This document shows positions 1-9,653 of a stretch of 64,000 nt of DNA, one piece after another. The stretch's first letter is position 1, and each line of letters opens with the position of its first letter. The notes beneath the pieces are model-generated. The model had not been told where the DNA came from. It was given only the letters and a program-made list of their open reading frames with translations, and did not search any database. The DNA is from Longimicrobiales bacterium. Its GTDB lineage: Bacteria; Gemmatimonadota; Gemmatimonadetes; Longimicrobiales; Gaopeijiaceae. Both the position numbers and the translations under genes were made by a program. The stretch spans positions 1,056,001-1,120,000 of the forward strand of contig OZ250165.1 of assembly GCA_965238005.1 (NCBI GenBank). Reading direction: 5' to 3'.

Positions 1-192
1 GATCCGTTTGAACACTCGCTGCGCGCGACGGACATCACCCGTGCCCCGCGGGAGGCCAGTAGATGAGCCGCCACCCGCCCGATTCCACACCCTGCTACCC
101 GTTACCAGCGCCACCCGTCCTTCCACTCCCGGCATCGTGCACTCCCTTTTACGAATCCGAGTTTGCCATGCCCGTGTGGGCCACCTACTCCA

Positions 193-1230
193 TCAGCGCG
201 AGCCTTGCGCCGGTTCGGGCGCTAGTGCGGCCTCCTGGGCGACCAAGGCCACGACGGACCGGACAATGTCGGTCGCGAAGGCGTAGTCGTAGGTCACACC
301 GGTTGGACTGCCCGAGTCGTTGGCGAGTCGGTCCGAGGCGTCCTCGAAGGTGTGGTAGTTCACGTTCGCGTCCCAGAAATCCGGCAGCGAGTTCTCGATG
401 ACCAAGAAGGCCGGATAGCCCTGATTCAGGAACGAGTCATTGTCGGAGGTCGACTCTGTCTCGATGATGGTGTCGTTGACGATGAGGGACGGGACGTAGT
501 CGGCCGCCGCCTGCTGAAAGGCCTGGGCCCAGGCCCACGAAGGCGGGTGCTTGGCCTGGGCCTCCACCTCGGCATCGATGACCGTATGGGGATCAACGTC
601 CGAGCCCGGCCTTAAGATCATGTCCATGTTGATCATGCCCACGAGGTTCTCGCCACTCGCGACGACATGGTTGGCGACGTAGTCCTTGCTTCCCGCACGG
701 CCGTCCTCTTCGGCGTTGAAGCCGATGAACCGGATGGTCGACTCGAACCGGTACTGGCTCAGGACCCGGGCCGCCTCCAATACGCCGGCAGTGCCCGAGG
801 CGTTGTCATCACCGCCGGGCCGGTCGCCTTCGATGTGATCGTAATGGCCGCCCACGATGTAGATGTTCTGAGGGGTCGTCGTTCCGGCGAGTTCGCCGAC
901 CACGTTCAGGTAGCTTCCTTGAAGGGAGACGCTCAATCCCATGGCCTCGAACGCGTCCTGGAGGTACAGCCGGGCTTCCTGGTTACCGAGGGAACCGGGG
1001 CCCTCCCAGCCGTCGCGGTTCCGATAGCCCATGTCGTAGTCGGCCCCGCCATACAGCCCGAGCCCCATCTTCTCCACGTCCAAGTGATACGTCTGGTAGT
1101 GCGTCTGAGAAACGCCATCCACCACGGCCTGAACGGACGGCACTTCAGCCTCCGGGGTGCACCCGGCAACCAGCACAGAGAGTAGGGCCGCCGTGGTCGG
1201 TACAGCCCAAGCGTTGGAACGGTCCAGCAT
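193..1230 (-). CDS. M28 family zinc aminopeptidase-like lipoprotein
   Basis: Motifs GGHYDH, GGDDNASG, FNAEEDG, NMDM, YHT; lipobox-like LVAGC; GGAG RBS just upstream of ATG at 1230. Confidence 0.88.
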   Translation of the reverse strand: MLDRSNAWAVPTTAALLSVLVAGCTPEAEVPSVQAVVDGVSQTHYQTYHLDVEKMGLGLYGGADYDMGYRNRDGWEGPGSLGNQEARLYLQDAFEAMGLSVSLQGSYLNVVGELAGTTTPQNIYIVGGHYDHIEGDRPGGDDNASGTAGVLEAARVLSQYRFESTIRFIGFNAEEDGRAGSKDYVANHVVASGENLVGMINMDMILRPGSDVDPHTVIDAEVEAQAKHPPSWAWAQAFQQAAADYVPSLIVNDTIIETESTSDNDSFLNQGYPAFLVIENSLPDFWDANVNYHTFEDASDRLANDSGSPTGVTYDYAFATDIVRSVVALVAQEAALAPEPAQGSR

Positions 1231-1574
1231 GGGGGTCTCCTTTTGCCGGCAGGTTGGCCAATACATCCAGCGTTTGTCAATGATGAGCGTCCGCCTCGGA
1301 AACTTGCAGCGACTGGATCTGGGCGGCGGCCGTGATTGAGCGGATCACATCGCTAGGTGCACGCGATCTGCGTGGGCGCATCAACCTCATCTGTTGCCAT
1401 CCAGAAAGACGGACGCCGTTCCTTCCCGGCCACCGTGACCTTGGTCTGTGCTCTCCGGGCGAGGCGGGTGACGCGCAAGCAGATACCGTGTCAGACGCCT
1501 GCAATCACGTTCTGAGCGTCTTCGGGCTTTCTTCGGTATGGGGGTAGGCCGGAACGGCCTTGTGGCTTTGAGGG

Positions 1575-2921
1575 CTACTGTAGTGACACCCATATGGAGC
1601 CCTCGGACAGGCGAACCGGAAAGATCGACAGAGGTCGTTGGTTCTTGCTCACATCTCCTGCCTCTTCATGGCCTAGCGCCGTGCCATCCGCCGCCAACGC
1701 TCCGGTCCACACCCGTATCTCACCCGTCTCCAGATCGAAACAGCTCTCGTGCCAGCGGCAAGTGATGGAGTCGTCATCTCCCACCTCGCTATCGTTCAGC
1801 GGAGGCATCAGGTGGGGGCAAGCATTGTTGATTGCATGAAGACTGTCCGCCGTACGTATGAGGAGGAGATCGAACTCCTCGAGTTCGACGACCTTACGCG
1901 TGCCGATGGGCAATTCGGCCTCGCTGAGGACGCGCACCCAGTCCAGGCCTGCATATCTGTGCCTCGTCTCGTCTGGTTCTTCGACCTCGTCCGACAGGGC
2001 CGCCGCGGCCGATGGAGCCAGTCCCGAGATCTCGTATAGGCTCCAGCGCCCACTCGCCCCGGGCAGCTTTACCCGCACGAAGTCCTCGATCGTCACGCTT
2101 TCCTTCACCTCTTTGTACAGATCTTCGGAAACGAGCAAGCGGGTGTCGGCGGATTTGTTGGCGGCCTCGATTCGGCTGGCGACGTTGATGGTCTCACCGA
2201 CCCCAGTGAGCTTCTCCGTCTTGGCGGATCCGACGGTACCGATCACGGCCGGGCCGTAATGCATACCGATCCCGACGTCGAAGCTTTGGCTGTACATCGC
2301 CTCCAGGTAGGGCTTGAGGCGATCTACCACATGGAGGATCTCCATCGCGGCCATCACACCTCGCAAGGGCGCGTGGGCGTCGTCCTCGATACCGAAGAGA
2401 GCCAGGACGCCATCCCCGTAGAAGTCGACGATATAGCCGCCGTTGCGCTCGATGACATCGCCTACCTGGAAGAAGTAGCGATTCAGGATGAAGATGACGT
2501 CGTATGCAGACAGGGTTTCGGTCAGGGCCGTGAAACCACGTATGTCACAAAACAGAACGGCGACGTTCTTGACTGCGCCGCAACGCCCCAAGCGCTTCCG
2601 CGATAACTGGCTGGTGATCTCTAGATCCGTCTCGTCGAGCACTAGGCGTCGGAGCTTCACGTCGCCGACTACCTTGGTCTGGCAAGCCAAGCGTACCTCC
2701 GGCCCGAACCCGAGTCGATCTGCGAGGGAGCGTTCCCGATCCGAGCGTGCGACACAGTTCTCTAGTCCCTCCAGGATCCAGACACGGCAAGTGGAGCATC
2801 TGGCGTGGCCGCCGCACGCGTGTGCGTGTGCAAGGTTCGCCCGAAGTGTCGCTTCCAGAATCGTGTCGCCGTCCCTGGCATCGATTCCCTTCCGGTCGGG
2901 AAGGCATGTGATTTTCGCCAT
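1575..2921 (-). CDS. 2Fe-2S ferredoxin / class III adenylate-guanylate cyclase / Rieske fusion protein
   Basis: N-term CGGHARCSTC...RLACQ; cyclase LFCDIRGFT, GDG, NVASR; C-term CPH...CRWH Rieske motif. Confidence 0.88.
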   Translation of the reverse strand: MAKITCLPDRKGIDARDGDTILEATLRANLAHAHACGGHARCSTCRVWILEGLENCVARSDRERSLADRLGFGPEVRLACQTKVVGDVKLRRLVLDETDLEITSQLSRKRLGRCGAVKNVAVLFCDIRGFTALTETLSAYDVIFILNRYFFQVGDVIERNGGYIVDFYGDGVLALFGIEDDAHAPLRGVMAAMEILHVVDRLKPYLEAMYSQSFDVGIGMHYGPAVIGTVGSAKTEKLTGVGETINVASRIEAANKSADTRLLVSEDLYKEVKESVTIEDFVRVKLPGASGRWSLYEISGLAPSAAAALSDEVEEPDETRHRYAGLDWVRVLSEAELPIGTRKVVELEEFDLLLIRTADSLHAINNACPHLMPPLNDSEVGDDDSITCRWHESCFDLETGEIRVWTGALAADGTALGHEEAGDVSKNQRPLSIFPVRLSEGSIWVSLQ

Positions 2922-2973
2922 CGGCTAGTTGCCCGCCGCTACCTGGTCACAACGGATTCGCGATTCTGCTGAT

Positions 2974-3780
2974 CTTATAAGGTGAAGGTTGGCCTCACTC
3001 GGGTGGGGCACTACGCTGGGCTTACTCAAGGTCCTGCGGCGCCCAAACCCAAGGAGGCCAACCATGTTTGTCGCAGGAATCGACGCTCACGCAACGTATT
3101 CAGTGATCGCCATCGTAAGCAACACAGGTCGGCTCGTGCACGGACCCGTCCGTATCAAGAACACCGAAGCGGATCGACTCGTCGAGCTCCTCCAGCAAGT
3201 TTCGCCCGCTCGAGGTGGTCGTGGAGACGAGCCCGGCCTGGCCGTGGCTCTTCGATCGACTCCAGCGCAGGGGGATCCACTTCGTGCTTGCCCACACCAA
3301 GCGGCTGCGAGTCATCGCCGGGGCCAACCGTTGGCTGAGGGGCCTTCGTCCGGGCCGTCGTGAGCCACGTCGCTCACGCGCCCGACAGCTGGCTATCGCA
3401 GTCGTACGACCAACTGAAGCAGCGTCTCGGGTGGCAGGTCGCCCGGGTCGCTACAGATCGTCGCCTCGCCCGCGCCGTTCACGCGATGCTCCCTACGGGT
3501 GAGGTCTGGCGAGGTGAACCCGTGCCGCGAGAGGACGGACCTCGCGATGCAATGTGCCACGAAAGGGGTGAGCTCCAAGTCGCGCATATCGCTCTTAGAC
3601 GACCCGCTTCTGAGGACGACCGTCGGGCGAGACATGAGGAGTCGCGGCCTGGAGGGACAGTGGGTGGAGATGTGACACGCGTGCGGGATCCTGAACACGA
3701 TGACCCTGCTCGGGATGTCCTCGGCTCCGAGCCATGCACCAACGCGCAGGCCACCTCGCTTGCAAAAGGTGCGGCGCCCT
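2974..3780 (+). mobile_element. Internally deleted IS110-family element (predicted ends at CT dinucleotides)
   Basis: Recombinase remnants flanked by non-coding ends; CT at 2974-2975 and 3779-3780; TTGCAA near the right end and TAAGGT near the left end. The boundaries are inferred. Confidence 0.6.
3064..3520 (+). pseudogene. IS110-family recombinase pseudogene (frameshifts plus large internal deletion)
   Basis: AGGAGG RBS; RuvC-like N-term MFVAGIDAH...VVVETSPAWPW; joined to C-terminal ANRWLRGAFVRAVVSH...ARVATDRRLARAVHAML. Confidence 0.85.
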
Positions 3781-3836
3781 GGAAGATTGACCGCTCCTCT
3801 GAGTCCGCACCCGACCTGCAGCACGGAGATGTCCCG

Positions 3837-5264
3837 ATGGCCGACCGTACGCTCACGACACTAGACGGAGGCACGACTCAGGTCGAGCAAGGCGCGGTGG
3901 ACGCGCTCGCAGCGAGTGTCGCCGGCGAGCTGTTGACCGCCGAGACGGAAGGCTACGACGAGGCCAGGAGTCTGTGGAACGCGATGATCGATCGGCGGCC
4001 CGGGCTGATCGTCGAGTGTGCCGTGGCGGGGGACGTCCCACACGCAGTGCGGTTCGCTCGGGAGAACGGGGTGCGGGTGTCGGTGTGCGGGGCGGGTCAC
4101 AACATCGCGGGGAACGCGGCGTCGGACGGGGGCCTGATGATCTCCTTCAAGAAGATGAGAGCGGTCGAAGTGGACGCGGACAGTCGGACGGTTCGAGTGG
4201 AGCCGGGCGCGACCTTGGGCGACATGGACGCGGCGACGCAGGAGCATGCGCTCGCCGTGCCCACCGGAATCAACTCGACGACCGGAATCGCCGGTCTGAC
4301 CTTGGGCGGTGGCTTCGGCTGGCTCAGCCGCAAGTACGGTATGACCGTCGACAGCCTCATGTCGGCCGACGTCGTGACGGCGGACGGTGATACGGTGCGG
4401 GCGAGCCAGGACGAAAATCCCGACCTGTTCTGGGGCCTTCGGGGCGGGGGAGGGAACTTCGGTGTCGTCACCTCGTTCGAGTTCCGAGCGCATCCGGTGG
4501 GTCCAGAAGTGCTAGCAGGCCTGATCGTCCACCCCTACTCGGACGCCGGCGATATCCTCCGAGCCTATCGTAACTTTGCGGCCGACGCCCCCGACGAGGT
4601 GACCGTGTGGGCTGTCCTGCGCAAGGCGCCACCCCTCCCGTTCCTCGCCGAGGACGTGCACGGGACGGAAGTGGTCCTCCTCGCCGCGATGTACGCCGGG
4701 GACATGGAGGCCGGCGAAGCGGCCCTCGCTCCGCTGAGAGCCGTTGGCACCCCGATCGCCGACGTGATCGGGCCGCACCCCTTCGTCGGATGGCAGCAGG
4801 CCTTCGATCCGCTCCTCACGCCTGGTGCGCGCAACTATTGGAAGACTCACGACTTCGCCGAGCTGAGCGACACCCTCCTCGACACCGCGCTCGACTTCGT
4901 GGGACGCATCCCCGACCCGCAATGCGAGGTGTTCTTCGCGCAGGTGGGCGGTGCGCAGAGCCGGATCGTCGACGACGCGACTGCCTACCAGGGGCGCAGC
5001 GCTGCTTTCGTCATGAACGCCCACGGTCGTTGGGCCGATCCCGGCCAGGACGACACCTGCATCGCATGGTGTCGTGAGCTCTTCGACTCGACGGCTCCCT
5101 TCGCCACGGGGGAGGCGTACGTGAACTTCATGACCGACGACGAGGGCGAGCGCGTGGAGGCGGCCTACGGCTCGAGCTACGAGCGCCTGGTCCAACTCAA
5201 GAACCGCTACGATCCCGCGAACCTCTTCCGGATGAACCAGAACATCAAACCATCAGGCGCTTAG
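3837..5264 (+). CDS. FAD-binding oxidoreductase (FAD_binding_4 plus berberine-bridge domain)
   Basis: WNAMIDRRP, GAGHN flavin-attachment His motif, GLTLGGG, LRGGGGNFG, C-term YVNF...YDPANLFRMNQNI. The upstream part of the 634-aa ORF is IS110 sequence. Confidence 0.9.
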   Translation: MADRTLTTLDGGTTQVEQGAVDALAASVAGELLTAETEGYDEARSLWNAMIDRRPGLIVECAVAGDVPHAVRFARENGVRVSVCGAGHNIAGNAASDGGLMISFKKMRAVEVDADSRTVRVEPGATLGDMDAATQEHALAVPTGINSTTGIAGLTLGGGFGWLSRKYGMTVDSLMSADVVTADGDTVRASQDENPDLFWGLRGGGGNFGVVTSFEFRAHPVGPEVLAGLIVHPYSDAGDILRAYRNFAADAPDEVTVWAVLRKAPPLPFLAEDVHGTEVVLLAAMYAGDMEAGEAALAPLRAVGTPIADVIGPHPFVGWQQAFDPLLTPGARNYWKTHDFAELSDTLLDTALDFVGRIPDPQCEVFFAQVGGAQSRIVDDATAYQGRSAAFVMNAHGRWADPGQDDTCIAWCRELFDSTAPFATGEAYVNFMTDDEGERVEAAYGSSYERLVQLKNRYDPANLFRMNQNIKPSGA

Positions 5265-5305
5265 GCTGCGAGCTTGGTCCTCCTCGAGCAGAAACAGAGA
5301 ACTGC

Positions 5306-6129
5306 ATGCCCATATTCATGGATTGGCACGACGTCGGTGAGACGACGGCAGAAGCCGTCGCCGCCGCCCACATGGAGGACCTGCGCCTACCGGCCAAGCA
5401 TGGGTGCCGGGCAGTCACCTACTGGCACGACGAGACGCGAGGCACCGTGTTCTGTCTCTACGACGCTCCGGAAGCCGACGCAGTAGAAGCGCTTCACCGC
5501 GAGTCTCACAGGCTCATGCCAAGTGAAATCATGGCGGTCGAGCTGTCCGAGGTTGCCGCCTTCCTCGGTAGCCTGTCGGATCCGGAGGACGCTCATGACG
5601 AGACACCGCGTGAGTCGGCCTTCCGAGTCATCATGTTCACCGACATGGTTGATTCCACCGAGCTCACGAACCGACGAACCGACTGGGCGATGAGGCGGCG
5701 TTCGACCTGCTCCAAACGCATCACGGCATCATCCGGGGGGGCCTGGATGACCATGGCGGACGGGAGATCGATCGCGCGGGTGACGGCTTCCTGGCATGCT
5801 TTGACTCAGCGACCGACGCGATCCGGTGCGCGACGGTGATTCAAGTCGCTTTGCAGACGCACAACGCGGGGGTGAGCGAAGCACAGATCCGGGTGCGGAT
5901 CGGGCTCGGAGCTGGAGAACCCGTTGTCGGGGGCGGGGTTCTCTTTGGATCAGCCGTGAATCTATCGGCTAGGATTTGTTCATCTGCCGAGCCTGGTCAG
6001 ATCCTAGTCTCCCGTGACGTCCGAGACTTGTGTGAGGGACTGGACGTTCGCTTCGATGAGATCGGAGCCATGCAGTTCAAAGGGTTCTCTGATCCGGTGA
6101 TGATCGACGCTGTCGCCTGGCAGTCGTAA
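5306..6129 (+). pseudogene. DUF4242 (SCO4226-like nickel-binding) domain plus class III cyclase, frameshifted
   Basis: MPIFMDWH...AAHMED...FCLYDAP..H..SH; IMFTDMVDST; an 8-bp tandem duplication at 5666-5681 shifts the frame, and removing it restores GDGF and joins the RIGLGAGEP...VNLSAR half. Confidence 0.85.
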
Positions 6130-6749
6130 GACAACCGCGTACCGCCCCGTGCTCGTTGTTAGAAAGCTCGCCGAGTGAGCTCCTCGTAGAGGTGTACGAT
6201 TGCGGTGGGAAGTGTGGGACGCCCGGATCGCCGACGACACCCTCCTGGTCGGGACGGAGTTTCGGAATAACGGTCCAGGAGGACCGGTCATCGCCCCCTT
6301 GGCCGGGGTCACGGCCATCGGAGAATCGGTAATCAGCCCCGTCAAGACAATTCCATTCGTTGTGGGCATCGCAGCGTTGGCGATCGTGTTATTAGCTCCT
6401 CTTCTATGACTTCGGCCTCTGAAGCGTGCTGAGATCGACAGGCTGAGGGTCACTTCCCCCGCTGACGAGGGTCTGGGCCGCGAGCGGATTCGCCAGTAAC
6501 GAGAAAAGGATGGCTGATGCCAGCAAAGCTCTCCGTACCGGATCTAGAGCCCAGATGTGCGCCATCGATCGACGACTCTCGGAAGTAACGACGGATTCGG
6601 TCCATAGGGTCGTGAGCGCTGCGATCTGTTGTTCGGTGGGATCCAGATCGATTTGTCGCCGAAGCAAGGTCCTCGAGCCGCAGTAGCCCGCGACGGGAGT
6701 TCCCAGAGCGACTGCTAGGTTCAACGCGCCGAAAGCTACGGCTCAATTG

Positions 6750-7376
6750 CGCCACGCCTCGGTCACCATCACCCTGACGTCTGTTGACAACGTTCGGATT
6801 CTCGGAGCGCCCATTGTCAAAAAAGCGGAGCACGTCCTCGAGCGTCGCGAGCATGCCGTTGTGCATGTACGGGGCGGTCAGGGCCACGTTGCGTAGCGAC
6901 GGAGTTCGGAACCGGAACCGTCGGGCACCCTCGTCGGGCTCGAAGAGCTGCGGATTCTCGCGGACTCCCTCCGCGTGCAGATTGAAGTTCGAGAACATTC
7001 GGCCCCGGTGGCATCGGTCGCAGCCGGCATCGTCGAACTCCTGCAGCCCGCGCTGCTGTTGTGGGGTCAGCGCCGTGCTGTCACCCGCCCGGAACCGGTC
7101 GAGGGGGCTGTTCATGGCGACGAGGCTCCGCTGGAATGCGGCGATGGCCCCGGCGAGCTGCTCCGCACTGATCGGGGTCTCCGGCCCGAAGGCCTCCTCG
7201 AACGCCTTGATCGGCTCGAGAGACTGTGCTTCGAGGCTTCGCGTCCGATTGTCCCAGAACATGGGTGCTCTCGCCTGATTGACCGACGTGGTTGTGCCGT
7301 TGGATCCCCTTGTCCGGCGTCGTCGGTCGAGCCCGTTGAACACCGTGTTGAGTACCGTGGGTGAGTTGCGCTTCAC
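6750..7376 (-). pseudogene. Di-haem cytochrome c peroxidase/MauG-family fragment
   Basis: RNSPTVLN, MFWDNR, CDRCH, FRTPSLRNVALTAPYMHNG; signal peptide and first CxxCH are absent; apparent internal gap. Confidence 0.8.
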
Positions 7377-7487
7377 GACCGATACGCGGGTCCGGCTCGC
7401 GTGAACGATCCGGACCTTGCACCTGCCCGGCTACCGCGATCACTTTGGCGAAACAGCTCTTTTCCCACGTTTCCCGGGGGTGCCGCT

Positions 7488-9653
7488 ATGATCGCCCGTA
7501 ACCATCACCTTGCCCGCACCGCGGGAGCAGTGCTCGCCACAGGCCTCGTCGTCCTCGCCTTCACGGCTGATTCACTCCACGCCCAGGGCGTGGACGCCCC
7601 GGACACCGGGATCAGACGCCTCGACTTGGGCCAGTACCTGCAAATCGAGGGGGTGAGCGACCCCCGGATGTCGCCCAACGGCCAGCAGATCGTCTATATC
7701 CGGCAGTGGGTCGATCCCGTGACCGACAGCCGAAAGTCGAGTCTCTGGATCATGAACGGCGACGGGAGCCAGAACCGGTCGCTGACCCAGGGCGGCTCGC
7801 CGCGCTGGTCTCGATCGGGAGATCGCCTCGCGTTCCTGGCGTGTGGCACTCCGGGCGGCGACCCCGGCGCGCTGGTCGACTGCGAAGGGGCCTCCCGCCA
7901 GCAGATCTACGTCCGCATCATGACCGGACCGGGTACCGGTGCCGTCACCCAGATCACCCGGCTCACCGAGAGCGCCAGCAACATCGCCTGGATGCCTGAC
8001 GGATCGACAATCGCCTTCAACCAGTTCGTCCCGAAGGAAAACGCGTGGACCGTACAGCTGCCCGGCAAGCCCCCGGGAGCCCAGTGGACCGCGGAGCCTC
8101 GCATCGTCGATCAACTTGACTACCGCCAGGACAGGCAGGGCCTCAGCCGCAGCGGATCCCGGCACATCTTCACCGTGCCGTCAGACGGTGGCACGCCCCG
8201 CCAGATCACGCATGGCGATTTCGATCACGGCTCGCCCGACTGGGGTCCCGACGGCAGGACCATCTATTTCGACGGGTTCCGTCGCGGCGATCCGAGCGCC
8301 ACGCACTACGCTGGCAGCTACGTGGGCCGCGCCTCCAAGATCTATTCCGTCGACGTCGCGTCCCGTGAGATCCGCGAGCTGAACGGCGGCCATCTCGGTG
8401 TGGACGCTTCCCCGCGCATCTCTCCCGACGGCCGGACCATCGCCTACCTGGCCTCGGACTCCACGGATCACATGTACGTGCAGCGTCGCTTGCACATGAT
8501 GGACGCCAACGGTTCGAACCCGCGGCTCGTGGGAGGCGACTTCGACCGAAGGATCCTGAATAGCCAATGGGCGCCGGACGGCAGCGGCGTGTATTTCACG
8601 GCTGATAACCACGGCGAGCGGAATTTGCATTTCGCGTCGGCGCGCGGAGACGTTCGCAAGGTCACGGACGGTAAGCACAACCTGAACATCTCCGATATCA
8701 ACCCAAACGGCACGGCGGTGGGGACGCTGTCCGATCCGCATCTGCCCGGCGATGTGGTGCTCCTGTCGCTCAACAACCCCGACCTGCGACGGCTGACGCA
8801 CGTGAACGACGACGTCTTGGCCGATGTGACGCTGGGAGAGGTGGAGGATTTTTGGTACGAATCGGTGGACGGCTGGCAGGTGCAGGGGTTCATCGTGAAG
8901 CCCCCCGGGTTCGATCCGAGCCAGAAGTATCCGCTCGTGCTGAGCATCCACGGCGGACCCCACTCCATGTCCACGTTCGGGTTCAACTTCTCGTTCCAGA
9001 ACTTCGCAGCGAACGACTATGTCGTGCTGTACACGAATCCCCGGGGATCCACGGGATACGGCGAAGAGTTCGGCAACGGCATCGATAACGCCTGGCCCGG
9101 CAAGGATCACGACGATCTGATGCACGGTGTGGACGAGATACTGCGCCGAGGATACGTGGACGAGGACAATCTCTTCATCATGGGGTGCAGCGGCGGGGGG
9201 ACCCTCACGGCGTGGGCTGTCACCCAGACGACTCGGTTCGCCGCCGCGTCGGCCCGGTGTCCCATCACCAACTGGATCTCGTTCGTCGGCACAACGGACG
9301 GCACGTCGTGGTATCAGACGTTCCGGCAGTATCCGTGGTACGATGCCGAGGAGCATCTAAGCCGGTCGCCGCTCATGTTCGTGGAGAACGCGACGACCCC
9401 GACGCTCATCATGGTGGGCGAGTACGACCTCCGCACGCCCGTGCCACAGAGCGAGGAGTTCTACCAGGCGCTCAAGATCGAGGGAGTGCCGACCAAGATG
9501 ATTTACATGCAGAACGAGTGGCACGGTACGTCGCGGATCCCCTCCAACTTCCTACGCACCGAGCTCTATCAGTTGGACTGGTTCGGGCAGTATATGACCA
9601 CGGACATGAAGGAGCGGCGGATCGTTACCGACGAGGGGACGGGGACGCGCTAG
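7488..9653 (+). CDS. Secreted S9 family peptidase (beta-propeller PD40 repeats plus alpha/beta hydrolase)
   Basis: Signal peptide; SPNG/SPDG repeats; IHGGPH, NPRGSTGYG, GCSGGG nucleophile, DLR, WHG. Confidence 0.92.
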   Translation: MIARNHHLARTAGAVLATGLVVLAFTADSLHAQGVDAPDTGIRRLDLGQYLQIEGVSDPRMSPNGQQIVYIRQWVDPVTDSRKSSLWIMNGDGSQNRSLTQGGSPRWSRSGDRLAFLACGTPGGDPGALVDCEGASRQQIYVRIMTGPGTGAVTQITRLTESASNIAWMPDGSTIAFNQFVPKENAWTVQLPGKPPGAQWTAEPRIVDQLDYRQDRQGLSRSGSRHIFTVPSDGGTPRQITHGDFDHGSPDWGPDGRTIYFDGFRRGDPSATHYAGSYVGRASKIYSVDVASREIRELNGGHLGVDASPRISPDGRTIAYLASDSTDHMYVQRRLHMMDANGSNPRLVGGDFDRRILNSQWAPDGSGVYFTADNHGERNLHFASARGDVRKVTDGKHNLNISDINPNGTAVGTLSDPHLPGDVVLLSLNNPDLRRLTHVNDDVLADVTLGEVEDFWYESVDGWQVQGFIVKPPGFDPSQKYPLVLSIHGGPHSMSTFGFNFSFQNFAANDYVVLYTNPRGSTGYGEEFGNGIDNAWPGKDHDDLMHGVDEILRRGYVDEDNLFIMGCSGGGTLTAWAVTQTTRFAAASARCPITNWISFVGTTDGTSWYQTFRQYPWYDAEEHLSRSPLMFVENATTPTLIMVGEYDLRTPVPQSEEFYQALKIEGVPTKMIYMQNEWHGTSRIPSNFLRTELYQLDWFGQYMTTDMKERRIVTDEGTGTR

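Noticed and set aside
3360..3836. Apparent N-terminal extension making a 634-aa oxidoreductase fusion
   Set aside because: It is IS110 C-terminal and non-coding sequence that happens to be in frame; the enzyme starts at 3837 after GGAG
1575..6129. Pycsar/CBASS-like defence system based on the cyclases
   Set aside because: No adjacent cyclic-nucleotide-binding TIR or TM effector; architectures fit sensory cyclases
6200..6724. Two short convergent ORFs, one with a signal-peptide-like segment
   Set aside because: No recognisable family; probably gene debris
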